A stretch of 64,000 nt of DNA from Candidatus Omnitrophota bacterium (GTDB taxonomy: Bacteria; Omnitrophota; Gorgyraeia; 1-14-0-20-64-10). A program made the position numbers and the translations under genes. This document shows, in pieces, positions 52,739 to 61,791 of the stretch. The first letter of the stretch is position 1. Each line of letters starts with the position of its first letter. The stretch is from positions 17,900 to 81,899 of the forward strand of contig JACQCH010000007.1 of assembly GCA_016201735.1 (NCBI GenBank), in the 5' to 3' direction. The notes beneath the pieces are model-generated. The model ran no database searches, was not told the DNA's origin, and saw only the letters and a program-made list of their open reading frames with translations.

Positions 52739-54047
52739 ACAGTCAGCAGACGCGGCGGCCGAAGAGCTTTTGCGATCTGTCCGGCAAACCAGTCGCAAGG
52801 GGCGCTTGTGGATCGGCAGCCTGGTTGCCGTCTGCTCCTTTGGCCTGTTTGCCTATGCGATCCAGCTCATCCATGGCTTAGAGGTCACCGCGATGCGGGA
52901 GTACGTCTCCTGGGGCCTCTACATCGCCACCTTCATCTTCTTTATTGGCATCAGCCACGCGGGAACGTTGATTTCAGCGATCCTCCGCGTCACCCATGCC
53001 GAGTGGCGCCGGCCAATCACCCGGATGGCCGAGGCGATTACCGTCATCGCACTGTTGGTCGGTGCCCCCATGGTGATTGTCGACATGGGACGTCCGGACA
53101 GGCTCCTCTACGTCATCCGGTATGGTCGACTGCAGTCGCCGATCCTGTGGGATGTCCTCTCGATCGCGACCTACCTGACCGGCAGTCTCCTCTACCTTTA
53201 TGTTGCACTCATCCCAGATCTGGCGAGGATGCGGGATCAGTGTACGGCAATCGCCGGGTGGCGCAAGCGGCTCTACCGCATCCTGGCCATCAGGTGGCAC
53301 GATACGCCGGCTCAGCGCGCCCATTTGGAGAAGGCTCTGGGAGCCATGGCGGTGATCATCATCCCGGTGGCGGTCTCCGTGCACACTGTGGTCTCGTGGG
53401 TGTTTGGCATGACGCTTCGTCCCGGCTGGCACAGCACGATCTTCGGCCCGTACTTTGTCGTGGGAGCTATTTTCTCTGGAACCGCAGCAATCATTACCGC
53501 CATGGCGGTTTTCCGCCGAGTGTATCATCTGGAGCGGTACATTGCCCTCCAGCAGTTCCGCAATCTCGGCAGCCTCCTCTTGACGTTGAGCCTCCTGTAC
53601 ATGTACTTCACGTTGAGTGAATACCTGACGAGTTGGTACAGCGCGGAAAGTATTGACGTGAAGCTCCTGAAGAATCTCTTCGACCTGCACCGCTACGGGT
53701 TCGATTTCTGGGTGATGGCCATGCTGGGGCTCTTCATCCCGACGATCCTGCTGATCTTGCCGAAAACCAGGACGATCATCGGAATCACCACCGCCTCGGT
53801 TTTGGTGAATCTCGGGATGTGGCTCAAGCGGTATCTCATTGTAGTCCCCACCTTACAAACCCCGTTCCTTCCGGTCCAGGGAGTGCCCTCGTCATGGATC
53901 CGCTATTTCCCGACCTGGATCGAGTGGTCCATTGTGGCGGGGGCGCTGGCGATGTTCCTCCTGCTGTTCACCCTCTTTTCTAAACTGTTTCCCATCGTCT
54001 CCATTTGGGAAACACTCGAGGACACGTCCGATGTCCCAACGACGTAA
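52728..54047 (+). CDS. NrfD/PsrC-family polytopic membrane quinone-interacting subunit
   Basis: ~8-9 predicted TM helices; start ATG 52728 overlaps the FeS-subunit stop (ORF track began at an upstream ATG). Confidence 0.8.
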   Translation: MQPEQSADAAAEELLRSVRQTSRKGRLWIGSLVAVCSFGLFAYAIQLIHGLEVTAMREYVSWGLYIATFIFFIGISHAGTLISAILRVTHAEWRRPITRMAEAITVIALLVGAPMVIVDMGRPDRLLYVIRYGRLQSPILWDVLSIATYLTGSLLYLYVALIPDLARMRDQCTAIAGWRKRLYRILAIRWHDTPAQRAHLEKALGAMAVIIIPVAVSVHTVVSWVFGMTLRPGWHSTIFGPYFVVGAIFSGTAAIITAMAVFRRVYHLERYIALQQFRNLGSLLLTLSLLYMYFTLSEYLTSWYSAESIDVKLLKNLFDLHRYGFDFWVMAMLGLFIPTILLILPKTRTIIGITTASVLVNLGMWLKRYLIVVPTLQTPFLPVQGVPSSWIRYFPTWIEWSIVAGALAMFLLLFTLFSKLFPIVSIWETLEDTSDVPTT

Positions 54048-54588
54048 GTGGCTTAGCATCGGTGGCCTGATTCTCGGGCTGGCCAGTCTTGGAAGTCTCG
54101 CAGTGGCCCAAGCCCCTGCTCGAGAGCCGCTGAGCGTGGCCGTGAGGGGAGCGGAGGGAGCTGGACGGCACCAGCTGGTTGCCTCTGTCGGAGGTCCTGG
54201 ACCGATGGCTGGGGTGACGGTCCACTTCTTTGCGAAACGCACCTTTGGATTGCTTTCGCTTGGCGAGGCAGACACCGACGACCAGGGCATGGCCAATTTC
54301 TCTTGTCCTGCAGACGTCCCAGGGGATGCCATCGGCGATGTCGACATCGTTGCCACCGTAGATGCGACCGAGGGGGTTGCGGGAGGTACGGGACGTACCA
54401 GAGTCAGATGGGGGATCCCGGTGCCTGTACAAGTCGCCCCCTTTCCTCCAGCCTTGTGGGCTCCACGCGCCCCTCGGGAGTTCGTAGCAGTCATCATCGT
54501 GTTATTGACAATCGTTTGGGGTACCTACGGATTTGCAGCCTACCATCTGGCACAGATCCCAAGGAGCAAATCGGGAGAGTCAGCATGA
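54031..54588 (+). CDS. Membrane-anchored periplasmic protein (signal/TM at N-terminus, TM at C-terminus); possibly ActD-like
   Basis: MSQRRKWLSIGGLILGLASLGSLAVA…FVAVIIVLLTIVWGTYGFAAYHLA; ATGA overlaps with neighbours on both sides. Confidence 0.45.
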   Translation: MSQRRKWLSIGGLILGLASLGSLAVAQAPAREPLSVAVRGAEGAGRHQLVASVGGPGPMAGVTVHFFAKRTFGLLSLGEADTDDQGMANFSCPADVPGDAIGDVDIVATVDATEGVAGGTGRTRVRWGIPVPVQVAPFPPALWAPRAPREFVAVIIVLLTIVWGTYGFAAYHLAQIPRSKSGESA

Positions 54589-55022
54589 CACAGATGGCTT
54601 GGCGTATGGCGCGTGTTGTAAGCGTGGCGATCTTCCTGACATTGGGGTTGGCGTATCTCGGGCTGGCCAGTAATGGCACGGATGAAAGCGAGTGGAAAGC
54701 TCCAGCGCAGGCTGTTCGCAAGGCAAACCCCCTTCCGGCCGATGAGGCGACCATCAAAGCTGGCAAGAAGCTCTATGAGGCAGAATGCCTCTCCTGCCAT
54801 GGGAGATTTGGCCGCGGCGATGGGCCTGCGGCGAGGGATTTAGAACGCGCCCCCGGTGATTTGACGGATGCCAAGCGCATGGATGCCCAAACTGACGGGG
54901 AACTCTTCTGGAAAATCACCGAAGGTCGAAAACCGATGCCAACACTCAAGAAGGAGTTGACCGAAGAAGAGCGCTGGCAACTGGTCCACTACGTGCGGAC
55001 CTTGGGGAGAGCAAAGAAATAA
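54585..55022 (+). CDS. Monohaem class I c-type cytochrome (membrane-anchored)
   Basis: CLSCHG haem-binding motif, conserved Met region PMP. Confidence 0.75.
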   Translation: MTQMAWRMARVVSVAIFLTLGLAYLGLASNGTDESEWKAPAQAVRKANPLPADEATIKAGKKLYEAECLSCHGRFGRGDGPAARDLERAPGDLTDAKRMDAQTDGELFWKITEGRKPMPTLKKELTEEERWQLVHYVRTLGRAKK

Positions 55023-55051
55023 ATGGGGTGTTCCATAAGGGGAGGAAAAAC

Positions 55052-56356
55052 ATGAACATGAGGTGGAGGCAGTCGAAGGTCTTTTTCGGTCTGGCGTTGC
55101 TTGTGGCGCTTGGTTTTTGCCAAGACGGATGGGCGGAGGAGACGGTAAGCGCAAGGGAATTTCAAAAGCTGAAGGAGGAACACGAGCAGCTCAAGCGTGA
55201 GGTGCAGCAGCTGCGAGAGGTGGTCGCTCGGCGGAGAGAAGTGGCCCCCGCCGTTGCCCCGGAAAAAGAACCTGTCAGCCCGGAGGAGTTCGGGCAACTT
55301 AAGGAGAAGGTGGATGCGCTGAGTCCTGGGCTGACGAAGTTCCTCCTTGCAGGGTATGCCGCGGCCGGCTACACCGATCCCCAGAGAGCGAAGACCAACT
55401 CCAACTTCACTGCGAACTTCAACCCGATCTTCCTCTGGGAGCCGACCGACCGGTTGCTCTTTGAGGGAGAGCTGGAGCTCGAACTGGAGGATGGAAAGAC
55501 GGAGACGAGCCTCGAGTATGCGGATGTGTCGTATCTGCTGAACGACTATATGACTCTTGAGGGAGGAAAGTTCCTCTCCCCGTTTGGGATTTTCATGGAG
55601 CGCTTGCACCCGGCTTGGATCAACAAACTGACAGACAAACCGCTGGGGTATAAGAGCGGTTCCACGCGGCTGGTTCCCGAATCCGAGATTGGAGCGCAGG
55701 TCCGCGGCGCGGTCCCGCTGCCCTTGTTCGAGTTGGCCAAAGCCAACTATGCACTCTGGATCTCCAACGGACCAACAGTGCAAACCTCCGCGACACACGC
55801 GGGGGAACTGGCCTTCGCCAACACGGAGGACAACAACAATAATAAAGCCGTGGGACTGCGGGTGGGCTTTTCGCCGATCCCGGAGGCTGAGGTCGGCTAC
55901 TCGCTGCTGCGCGCCCAGGTGGGCGGCAGGGCAGATGCCGATCCAGGTGTGCATGCGACTCTCCAAGGATTGGATTTTTCCTACACACGTGATTCGGAGC
56001 TCCTGAAGGGCATCATCGATCTGCGATCCGAATGGATCTGGTCGCATGTGGGTGCGTTTAACTATGGGACGGGGAAGGGGGCGTTTTCCAACGATCGCCG
56101 GGCTGGATATCTCCAGGGTGCCTATCGGCCCAAGGTGGGTGGAAAGCTCATCGAGCGCCTTGAACCGGTGGTCCGCTTTGACATCATCAATCAACCGAGC
56201 GATGCGCCGAGCAGCCAGGATGAGACGCGTTGGACGCTAGGCCTGAATTATCACCTGACACCCAGCGCGGTGTTTAAAACAGCCTATCGGCTCGATAAGC
56301 GAAAAGGCACGCAGGATGAGGACGCATTCTTGACTCAGGTAGCAATGGGCTTTTGA
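55052..56356 (+). CDS. Outer-membrane porin (OprO/P-like; N-terminal coiled coil then beta-barrel)
   Basis: Signal peptide; EFQKLKEEHEQLKREVQQLREVV coiled coil; C-terminal …TQVAMGF. Confidence 0.6.
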   Translation: MNMRWRQSKVFFGLALLVALGFCQDGWAEETVSAREFQKLKEEHEQLKREVQQLREVVARRREVAPAVAPEKEPVSPEEFGQLKEKVDALSPGLTKFLLAGYAAAGYTDPQRAKTNSNFTANFNPIFLWEPTDRLLFEGELELELEDGKTETSLEYADVSYLLNDYMTLEGGKFLSPFGIFMERLHPAWINKLTDKPLGYKSGSTRLVPESEIGAQVRGAVPLPLFELAKANYALWISNGPTVQTSATHAGELAFANTEDNNNNKAVGLRVGFSPIPEAEVGYSLLRAQVGGRADADPGVHATLQGLDFSYTRDSELLKGIIDLRSEWIWSHVGAFNYGTGKGAFSNDRRAGYLQGAYRPKVGGKLIERLEPVVRFDIINQPSDAPSSQDETRWTLGLNYHLTPSAVFKTAYRLDKRKGTQDEDAFLTQVAMGF

Positions 56357-56685
56357 GAAAGGGGGAAAAACTCATGAGGGGAGGGCGAATGTGGAGGTGG
56401 TGTTGGACGATAGCGGTTGGTCTGGCGGTGTTGGCGACAAGTGGACGGCTTGCATGGGCAGAGGGACGTTCGCCCTCGGCATCATCTGAAGGGAGGGGGA
56501 GCGTCACCAGGCCAGGCGGTGCGCAGCTGTGGGCGCAAAACTGTGCGCGGTGCCATACCATGCGTTCTCCAACGTCGTACAGCGACCGAGAATGGGATCT
56601 GATTACCCATCAGATGCGCGTGCGGGCAAACTTCACGAAGGAGGAGTACGAGGCGATCCGCGAATTCCTGAAATCCGGCAAGTGA
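56353..56685 (+). CDS. Small monohaem c-type cytochrome
   Basis: Signal peptide; CARCH haem-binding motif. Confidence 0.65.
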   Translation: MRKGEKLMRGGRMWRWCWTIAVGLAVLATSGRLAWAEGRSPSASSEGRGSVTRPGGAQLWAQNCARCHTMRSPTSYSDREWDLITHQMRVRANFTKEEYEAIREFLKSGK

Positions 56686-56793
56686 AGTTCCCTGTGGAGC
56701 CTCAGCCACGGCATTTGCTGTAGGCTTTGGTGTGAAGATGGGCTTGCCGAGGGGAGGGTATGGTAAGGACCGAATCGAGAGGAGGTGAGGTCC

Positions 56794-57054
56794 ATGTTTG
56801 GGTTTCTGCAGAACATCGGGTTCCCGGAGCTTTTGGTCATCCTGCTGATCGCGCTGCTTCTGTTTGGCGCTGGGCGGCTTCCGGAGATCGCACGCGCCAT
56901 CGGCAGATCATTCCACGAATTCAAGAAGGGGCTGAAGGAGGTAGAGAAGGAGGCGGACGAATTCAAAGACCTTAAAACGCCGAAGGGTTCCGGATCGTCC
57001 CAGGAAGCGGACGTCTCTTGCGAGTCACAGAAACACAAGGCCTTCTGCGGCTGA
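56794..57054 (+). CDS. tatA: Sec-independent protein translocase TatA/E
   Basis: [46 protein letters not shown]. Confidence 0.85.
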   Translation: MFGFLQNIGFPELLVILLIALLLFGAGRLPEIARAIGRSFHEFKKGLKEVEKEADEFKDLKTPKGSGSSQEADVSCESQKHKAFCG

Positions 57055-57088
57055 GCGCCAATGGAGGCACTCCTTTCCTCGCTGCCGC

Positions 57089-57832
57089 ATGCGCTTGAGA
57101 TGCTCCAAAGCGGTGGACGTGAAACGGGATATGCCGAAGGCAGTGCTCGTCAGGCACTACGGCCGGCTGGCCGCACGGTATGATCGTCGTTGGCAGGCGT
57201 ATCTGGCGCAGACGCTGGGGCATGCGCTGGAGGCGCTGCGGGTTTCCGGAACCGAGCGCATCTTGGATGTCGGATGTGGCACAGGGGAGTTTGCGCGGAT
57301 GGCGGTTGAGCGGTTTCCCAAGGTGAGCATCGTTGGAGTCGATGCGGCGCCGGCCATGGTCGGGCTGGCGCATACGAAATTGACGGGCTGTTCCAGGGCT
57401 ACATTCCAGATGAGCCGGGCTGAGGCGTTGCCGTTTGGGGCTGAAGAATTCGACGCAGTAGTGTGTGCGAATACCCTCCACCACCTTCCTGCGCCTCGAC
57501 AAGCGCTCCAGGAGTGGGTGCGGGTCCTGCGTCCGGGCGGGCGGTTGATCGTTGTGGACTGGTGCAGAGATTTCTGGCATTGCCGTCTGATGCACTACTG
57601 GGTGAAGCTCTTCGACCGCACCTACACGGCGATGCTGCGTTTGGGCGAACTCCGGAAGCTGGCTGAAGAGTTCGGTCTCACCGTGGAGAGAGCCGATCGA
57701 TTCATGGCGAAGCCGTTCTATGGGATGTTGTGCGTGTCGGCTCGGAAAGCGTCCCTGCCTGCGCCGCTGGCGCGGCAGGCAGATGAAGATGTCGAACCTA
57801 TTGCTCAACATGAAACCTCAGGCTCCCCCTGA
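57089..57832 (+). CDS. Class I SAM-dependent methyltransferase
   Basis: ILDVGCGTGEF motif I; lies between tatA and tatC. Confidence 0.75.
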   Translation: MRLRCSKAVDVKRDMPKAVLVRHYGRLAARYDRRWQAYLAQTLGHALEALRVSGTERILDVGCGTGEFARMAVERFPKVSIVGVDAAPAMVGLAHTKLTGCSRATFQMSRAEALPFGAEEFDAVVCANTLHHLPAPRQALQEWVRVLRPGGRLIVVDWCRDFWHCRLMHYWVKLFDRTYTAMLRLGELRKLAEEFGLTVERADRFMAKPFYGMLCVSARKASLPAPLARQADEDVEPIAQHETSGSP

Positions 57833-58580
57833 AACGACACCGGTTGTCAGGCTGCCGGATGGGGAGCGGACCCTTCCTGTCCTCCAGCATCTGGAGGAGC
57901 TGCGCAAACGTTTATGGGTGGGCCTGGGGGCGGTGGTACTCGGGACAACAGCAAGTTTCGTCTGGGCCGGACGAATCCTCGCATGGCTCAAAAAGCCGGC
58001 CGGAGACGCTTTGCCTTCGCTTGCCTTCTTCAGCCCGACCGAGGGAGTCGTGGCGTATCTGAAGGTGGCTTTCCTGGCCGGTTTTGTCCTTGCCATGCCG
58101 ATCCTTCTGTACGAAGCCTGGGCTTTTATCAGGCCGGGGCTTTCCCCTCGGGAGCGCCGCTACGGCATCCATTTCATCGGGTGGGGAAGCCTCCTGTTCT
58201 TGGCTGGGGTCGCCTTTGCCTATGGGGTGCTGTTACCGACTGCTTTACATTTCCTCTTGGGCTTCGGGACAGAGTCGCTGGTGCCGGTGATTTCGGTCAG
58301 CCGATACCTGGGGTTTGTGACAACCGTTTTACTGGCCTCGGGTGCGGTATTTGAGCTGCCGCTGGGCATCTTCCTTCTGACGAGGGTTGGAGTCATTACG
58401 CCGGGGATGCTCCGTGCCCGCTGGCGCATCGCCTTCCTGGGGATGACCATTGCTGCGGCGATCCTGACTCCAACTCCGGACGTGGTCAACATGACACTCC
58501 TTTGGGTACCCCTTCTTGTTTTGTACGGGATTTCCATCGGCGTCTCGTGGCTGGCGATGCCGCGTGGGCAGAAGCTGTGA
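57810..58580 (+). CDS. tatC: Sec-independent protein translocase TatC
   Basis: LQHLEELRKRL N-terminus, six TM helices; start ATG 57810 preferred. Confidence 0.8.
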   Translation: MKPQAPPETTPVVRLPDGERTLPVLQHLEELRKRLWVGLGAVVLGTTASFVWAGRILAWLKKPAGDALPSLAFFSPTEGVVAYLKVAFLAGFVLAMPILLYEAWAFIRPGLSPRERRYGIHFIGWGSLLFLAGVAFAYGVLLPTALHFLLGFGTESLVPVISVSRYLGFVTTVLLASGAVFELPLGIFLLTRVGVITPGMLRARWRIAFLGMTIAAAILTPTPDVVNMTLLWVPLLVLYGISIGVSWLAMPRGQKL

Positions 58581-58698
58581 GAAGTTTAGGATTGGTGAGA
58601 CCTCATAGAGGAGGGTTTTCCCCATGGAGCGATGGCACCGCTCGTTTCAAAGGGCTGTTTGGAAGCTCCGCGAAAAGATGTCGTAAAGGGTATCCCCG

Positions 58699-58968
58699 GT
58701 GGACTGGCGAATCGTGACAGCAACGTTTGGTATGGTGTTTGTCTCGGAGCTTGGCGATAAAACCTGGCTGGCGATCATCAGCACCTCCGCGGCATCCCAA
58801 GCTCCGGCCAGCGTGTTGACCGGCGCCATCCTGGCCCTCATCTGCTCCACCCTGGCCGCCGTAGGGCTGGGCTGGGGAGCAGGCTTTGCGTTACCCGCCA
58901 AACTCCTTCGTGCGGGGGTCGGAGTTTCGTTCATTCTCTGTGGCCTGTGGTTTTTACTGCGGCCATGA
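58699..58968 (+). CDS. UPF0016/GDT1-family half-size membrane protein (single E-x-G-D-K-T motif)
   Basis: VSELGDKTWLAI motif, three TM helices, 89 aa. Confidence 0.55.
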   Translation: MDWRIVTATFGMVFVSELGDKTWLAIISTSAASQAPASVLTGAILALICSTLAAVGLGWGAGFALPAKLLRAGVGVSFILCGLWFLLRP

Positions 58969-59225
58969 ACGGATTTCTTTGGATGCGTCAATCTCATGAG
59001 AAGGGGAAAGAAAAGATGGCTGAACGTCAGGCGTACCTCTGGTGCAAGGCGCTTCAGAAACGTGTCCGCGTCGTTCTGATCGAGAAGGAGGATGCTCCTG
59101 AGGAGGCATGGGTCCCGAAGGGATGGGGTCTTCGAAGATGCCTCGACCAGGGGTTCGCTTGTGTGGGTAAGGAGTGCCCCTTCTCGTTCGTCGCAAGGGT
59201 GCCTGGTCCATTCATAGCCCCCTGA

Positions 59226-59252
59226 AAATATTTTCCATATGATCCAAATCAT
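59226..59252. repeat. Left copy of a ~28-bp inverted repeat (GAAAATATTTTCCATATGATCCAAATCAT) flanking gene 59308..59835
   Basis: Reverse complement recurs at 59850-59876 (ATGATTTGGATCATGGAACCATTTTCC). Confidence 0.55.
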
Positions 59253-59307
59253 AGAGGAAGCTTTCCTCCTTCGCTAAACTTAGGGGTGAGGATGAGAAGA
59301 GGTTCCG

Positions 59308-59835
59308 ATGAAGCGGTATCAATTGCATTACCCCAAGGAACGTCCTCTTGAGGACTTGGTGGATGAGGTTTCCTGGGCCCTCTGGGAGAGAGTGATCCAA
59401 CGTCTCGAAATGGGACAGAGGGGATCCAACCTGCCTTTTTACACCTCGCTGCGAAACGCCGTCGGAGAACTTTTGCAACGGCACGTGACTCAGTACGACC
59501 TGTGTGGCTTGGGCAGGCAGTGCGAAGAGGGAGTGAGCCCCAGCCCTTGGGCCTCAGGGAGGGCGCCCTCCAAGGCGGAGGAGCGAGCGGGTTGGTACGT
59601 CTTGGAAGTGAATCAGGGCCTTGAAGAGTTGGTGAAAGAGGTGGCTGATGGGCTGGTCCTTCTTCTTTTGCAAGCGGGTGGGGGGACGATAACCGCTAGC
59701 CCCGTGGAGCTCCAAGCGTTGGCCGAGGAGAGTTTAAAGCAGAGCCTCGGACCCCACCTTTTCGAGAACATTTCCTGCGGAGAAACGCTCCTCTGTCGGG
59801 ATGCGGTGAAGCTCAATCCTTGGCTTGCCGCATAA
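59308..59835 (+). CDS. Hypothetical protein (175 aa) flanked by inverted repeats
   Basis: Intact ORF with normal GC codon usage; no recognisable domain. Confidence 0.45.
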   Translation: MKRYQLHYPKERPLEDLVDEVSWALWERVIQRLEMGQRGSNLPFYTSLRNAVGELLQRHVTQYDLCGLGRQCEEGVSPSPWASGRAPSKAEERAGWYVLEVNQGLEELVKEVADGLVLLLLQAGGGTITASPVELQALAEESLKQSLGPHLFENISCGETLLCRDAVKLNPWLAA

Positions 59836-59849
59836 AATCTCATTTTATG

Positions 59850-59876
59850 ATTTGGATCATGGAACCATTTTCCTGC
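59850..59876. repeat. Right copy of the inverted repeat flanking gene 59308..59835
   Basis: See left copy. Confidence 0.55.
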
Positions 59877-59913
59877 ACGCGGTAGAAAGGAGCCAAACGA
59901 GGGGGGCTCTGCC

Positions 59914-60378
59914 ATGGCCTGGAGAGAGCGATGGGATGAGAGGATCCGAGAGGAGCATCGGTCGTTGGAGTCGCAGGTGGAGGTGTTGGAACGGATATTG
60001 ACCGTCGATGTAAGTCCCGAAGACCGCCGAGGGGCTCTCAGGTGGCTCGTGGGTAGCTTAAGGCCCCTCCTGGAGATGCACCTAGAGAAAGAGGAGGGGA
60101 CCCTTTTTCCGGCTCTGGAACATCATCTGGGGAAAGAGGCTGATCCCTTGGAACAATTGCGGGACCAGCATCGGGAGCTTCGGTCTGCCGTGAAAGAGTT
60201 GACCGAATTGCTCCAGGGCTCGCGGGGGTTCCATTGGGCGGAGGTTGCCGGCGCCAGCCGGCTGTTCGTCGATCTCTGGGAAGACCACGAGAAGAAGGAG
60301 GATCGGTTACTCTTGGATGTGCTCGAGTTCGGCCTCAGGCCGCAGGAATTAAATGGGCTGGCGCAGGCCCTTCGGTAA
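59914..60378 (+). CDS. Hemerythrin-like (HHE cation-binding) domain protein
   Basis: H/E-rich helical pattern (…EMHLEKEEGTLFPALEHHL…HEKKEDRLLLD…). Confidence 0.45.
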   Translation: MAWRERWDERIREEHRSLESQVEVLERILTVDVSPEDRRGALRWLVGSLRPLLEMHLEKEEGTLFPALEHHLGKEADPLEQLRDQHRELRSAVKELTELLQGSRGFHWAEVAGASRLFVDLWEDHEKKEDRLLLDVLEFGLRPQELNGLAQALR

Positions 60379-60405
60379 ACCGACCAAATTGGGGAGGGGA
60401 AAGGC

Positions 60406-60612
60406 ATGCCGATCATGAGGAAGGAAAGACAAAGAAGGCCAAACCTGGAGCAGGCCTTTGGGCGTCCTGCAGGTGATGAAAAGCCAACGCAGGAGAGGGT
60501 TGCTCAACTGGCTTATCAGCTGTACCAGAAGCGGGGCGGGGAACATGGGCGGGACTGGGAAGACTGGTTTAATGCGGAGGAGATCTTGATTCAAGGAGGG
60601 AAGTGCCCATGA
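60406..60612 (+). CDS. DUF2934-like small protein
   Basis: LAYQLYQKRGGEHGRDWEDWFNAEEIL signature. Confidence 0.5.
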   Translation: MPIMRKERQRRPNLEQAFGRPAGDEKPTQERVAQLAYQLYQKRGGEHGRDWEDWFNAEEILIQGGKCP

Positions 60613-61064
60613 AGGTTCGAGAGTTGATGACCAGTAATCCAGCGGTGTGTACCCCGAAGGACAGTTGTGCCGCTGCAGGCCAGATCATGGCCCGCAAGAA
60701 CTGCGGATTTGTGCCGATCGTGGAGAATATGGAGACCCGGCGTGTGGTTGGGGTGGTGACTGACCGGGACCTGGCGCTTCATCTGGCCCAGGCAGGCCTC
60801 CCCGCGAACAAGATCTCCGTAGAGGCTTGCATGACGAAGCAGCCCAAGGTGCTCTCTGCCGAAGCGAGCCTGGAGGAGGCGGTTCAACTGATGGAGAAGG
60901 CAACGATCCACCGGTTGCCGGTGGTAGAAAACGGCAGGCTCGTTGGAGTTTTGTCTCTTAAGGAGATCGCTTGCTTGGCCCGCCGAGAGCATTCTTCCCA
61001 AGGCCTCGGCCCTACCGAGCGCCAGGTGGCGGAGATCGTTGAGACCATCGCGGTAGCGCGATAG
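60603..61064 (+). CDS. CBS-domain pair protein
   Basis: Two CBS repeats (GFVPIVEN…; HRLPVVENGRLVGVLS). Confidence 0.75.
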   Translation: MPMKVRELMTSNPAVCTPKDSCAAAGQIMARKNCGFVPIVENMETRRVVGVVTDRDLALHLAQAGLPANKISVEACMTKQPKVLSAEASLEEAVQLMEKATIHRLPVVENGRLVGVLSLKEIACLARREHSSQGLGPTERQVAEIVETIAVAR

Positions 61065-61068
61065 ACCC

Positions 61069-61791
61069 TTGGCGAGCTTTGGTTTTCCGACGGATGTCTC
61101 CGCCACCGGGAAAGCGGTGGACCACCTGTTCCGGGTGGCTTTCGGGTTAACCGGTGTGGCGTTCCTGGCGGTGGTTTTCATCCTGGGTTTTTGCCTGATC
61201 CGCTTTCGATCCCACCCTGGGCATCGCCCCCTCTATACCCACGGGGACAGCCGCTTGGCGATCAGCTTAACCGTTGGATTCGCGATCCTCATTTTTCTGG
61301 CCATCGACGTGAACCTGGCCATCCACGACCACTGGGCTTGGCGGGAGGCTTGGGGCTCCCCTCCGGACCCGGCCCTGGCGCTCAAGATTGAAATTATGCC
61401 GGAGCAGTTTGCCTGGAACATCCGATATGCCGGAATGGACGGCCGATTCCGAACAGGGGATGATGTCACCACGATCAACCAGCTTTACGTGCCGGTGAAC
61501 CGGCCGGTGATCGTACAGCTTTCCTCCAAGGATGTGATCCACAGCTTTTTCCTTCCAAATCTTCGGGTCAAGATGGACGCGGTTCCTGGGCTTGTCACCT
61601 CCCTTTATTTTCAGGCGACAAAAACCGGAACCTACGACATCGCCTGCGCCGAGCACTGCGGCTTCGGGCACTACCGGATGCGGGGTTTTTTGAATGTGTT
61701 GTCTGAAGAGGAATTCGGAGCCTGGCTGGCACAGGAGGGCCGGGAAGGACCCCAGGATGCCAATTGGGGTTGGGACTGGAAGGAAAGATGA
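61069..61791 (+). CDS. coxB: Cytochrome c oxidase subunit II (CuA cupredoxin; no fused cytochrome c domain)
   Basis: Two N-terminal TM helices; CuA site H…CAEHCGFGHYRM. Confidence 0.85.
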   Translation: MASFGFPTDVSATGKAVDHLFRVAFGLTGVAFLAVVFILGFCLIRFRSHPGHRPLYTHGDSRLAISLTVGFAILIFLAIDVNLAIHDHWAWREAWGSPPDPALALKIEIMPEQFAWNIRYAGMDGRFRTGDDVTTINQLYVPVNRPVIVQLSSKDVIHSFFLPNLRVKMDAVPGLVTSLYFQATKTGTYDIACAEHCGFGHYRMRGFLNVLSEEEFGAWLAQEGREGPQDANWGWDWKER

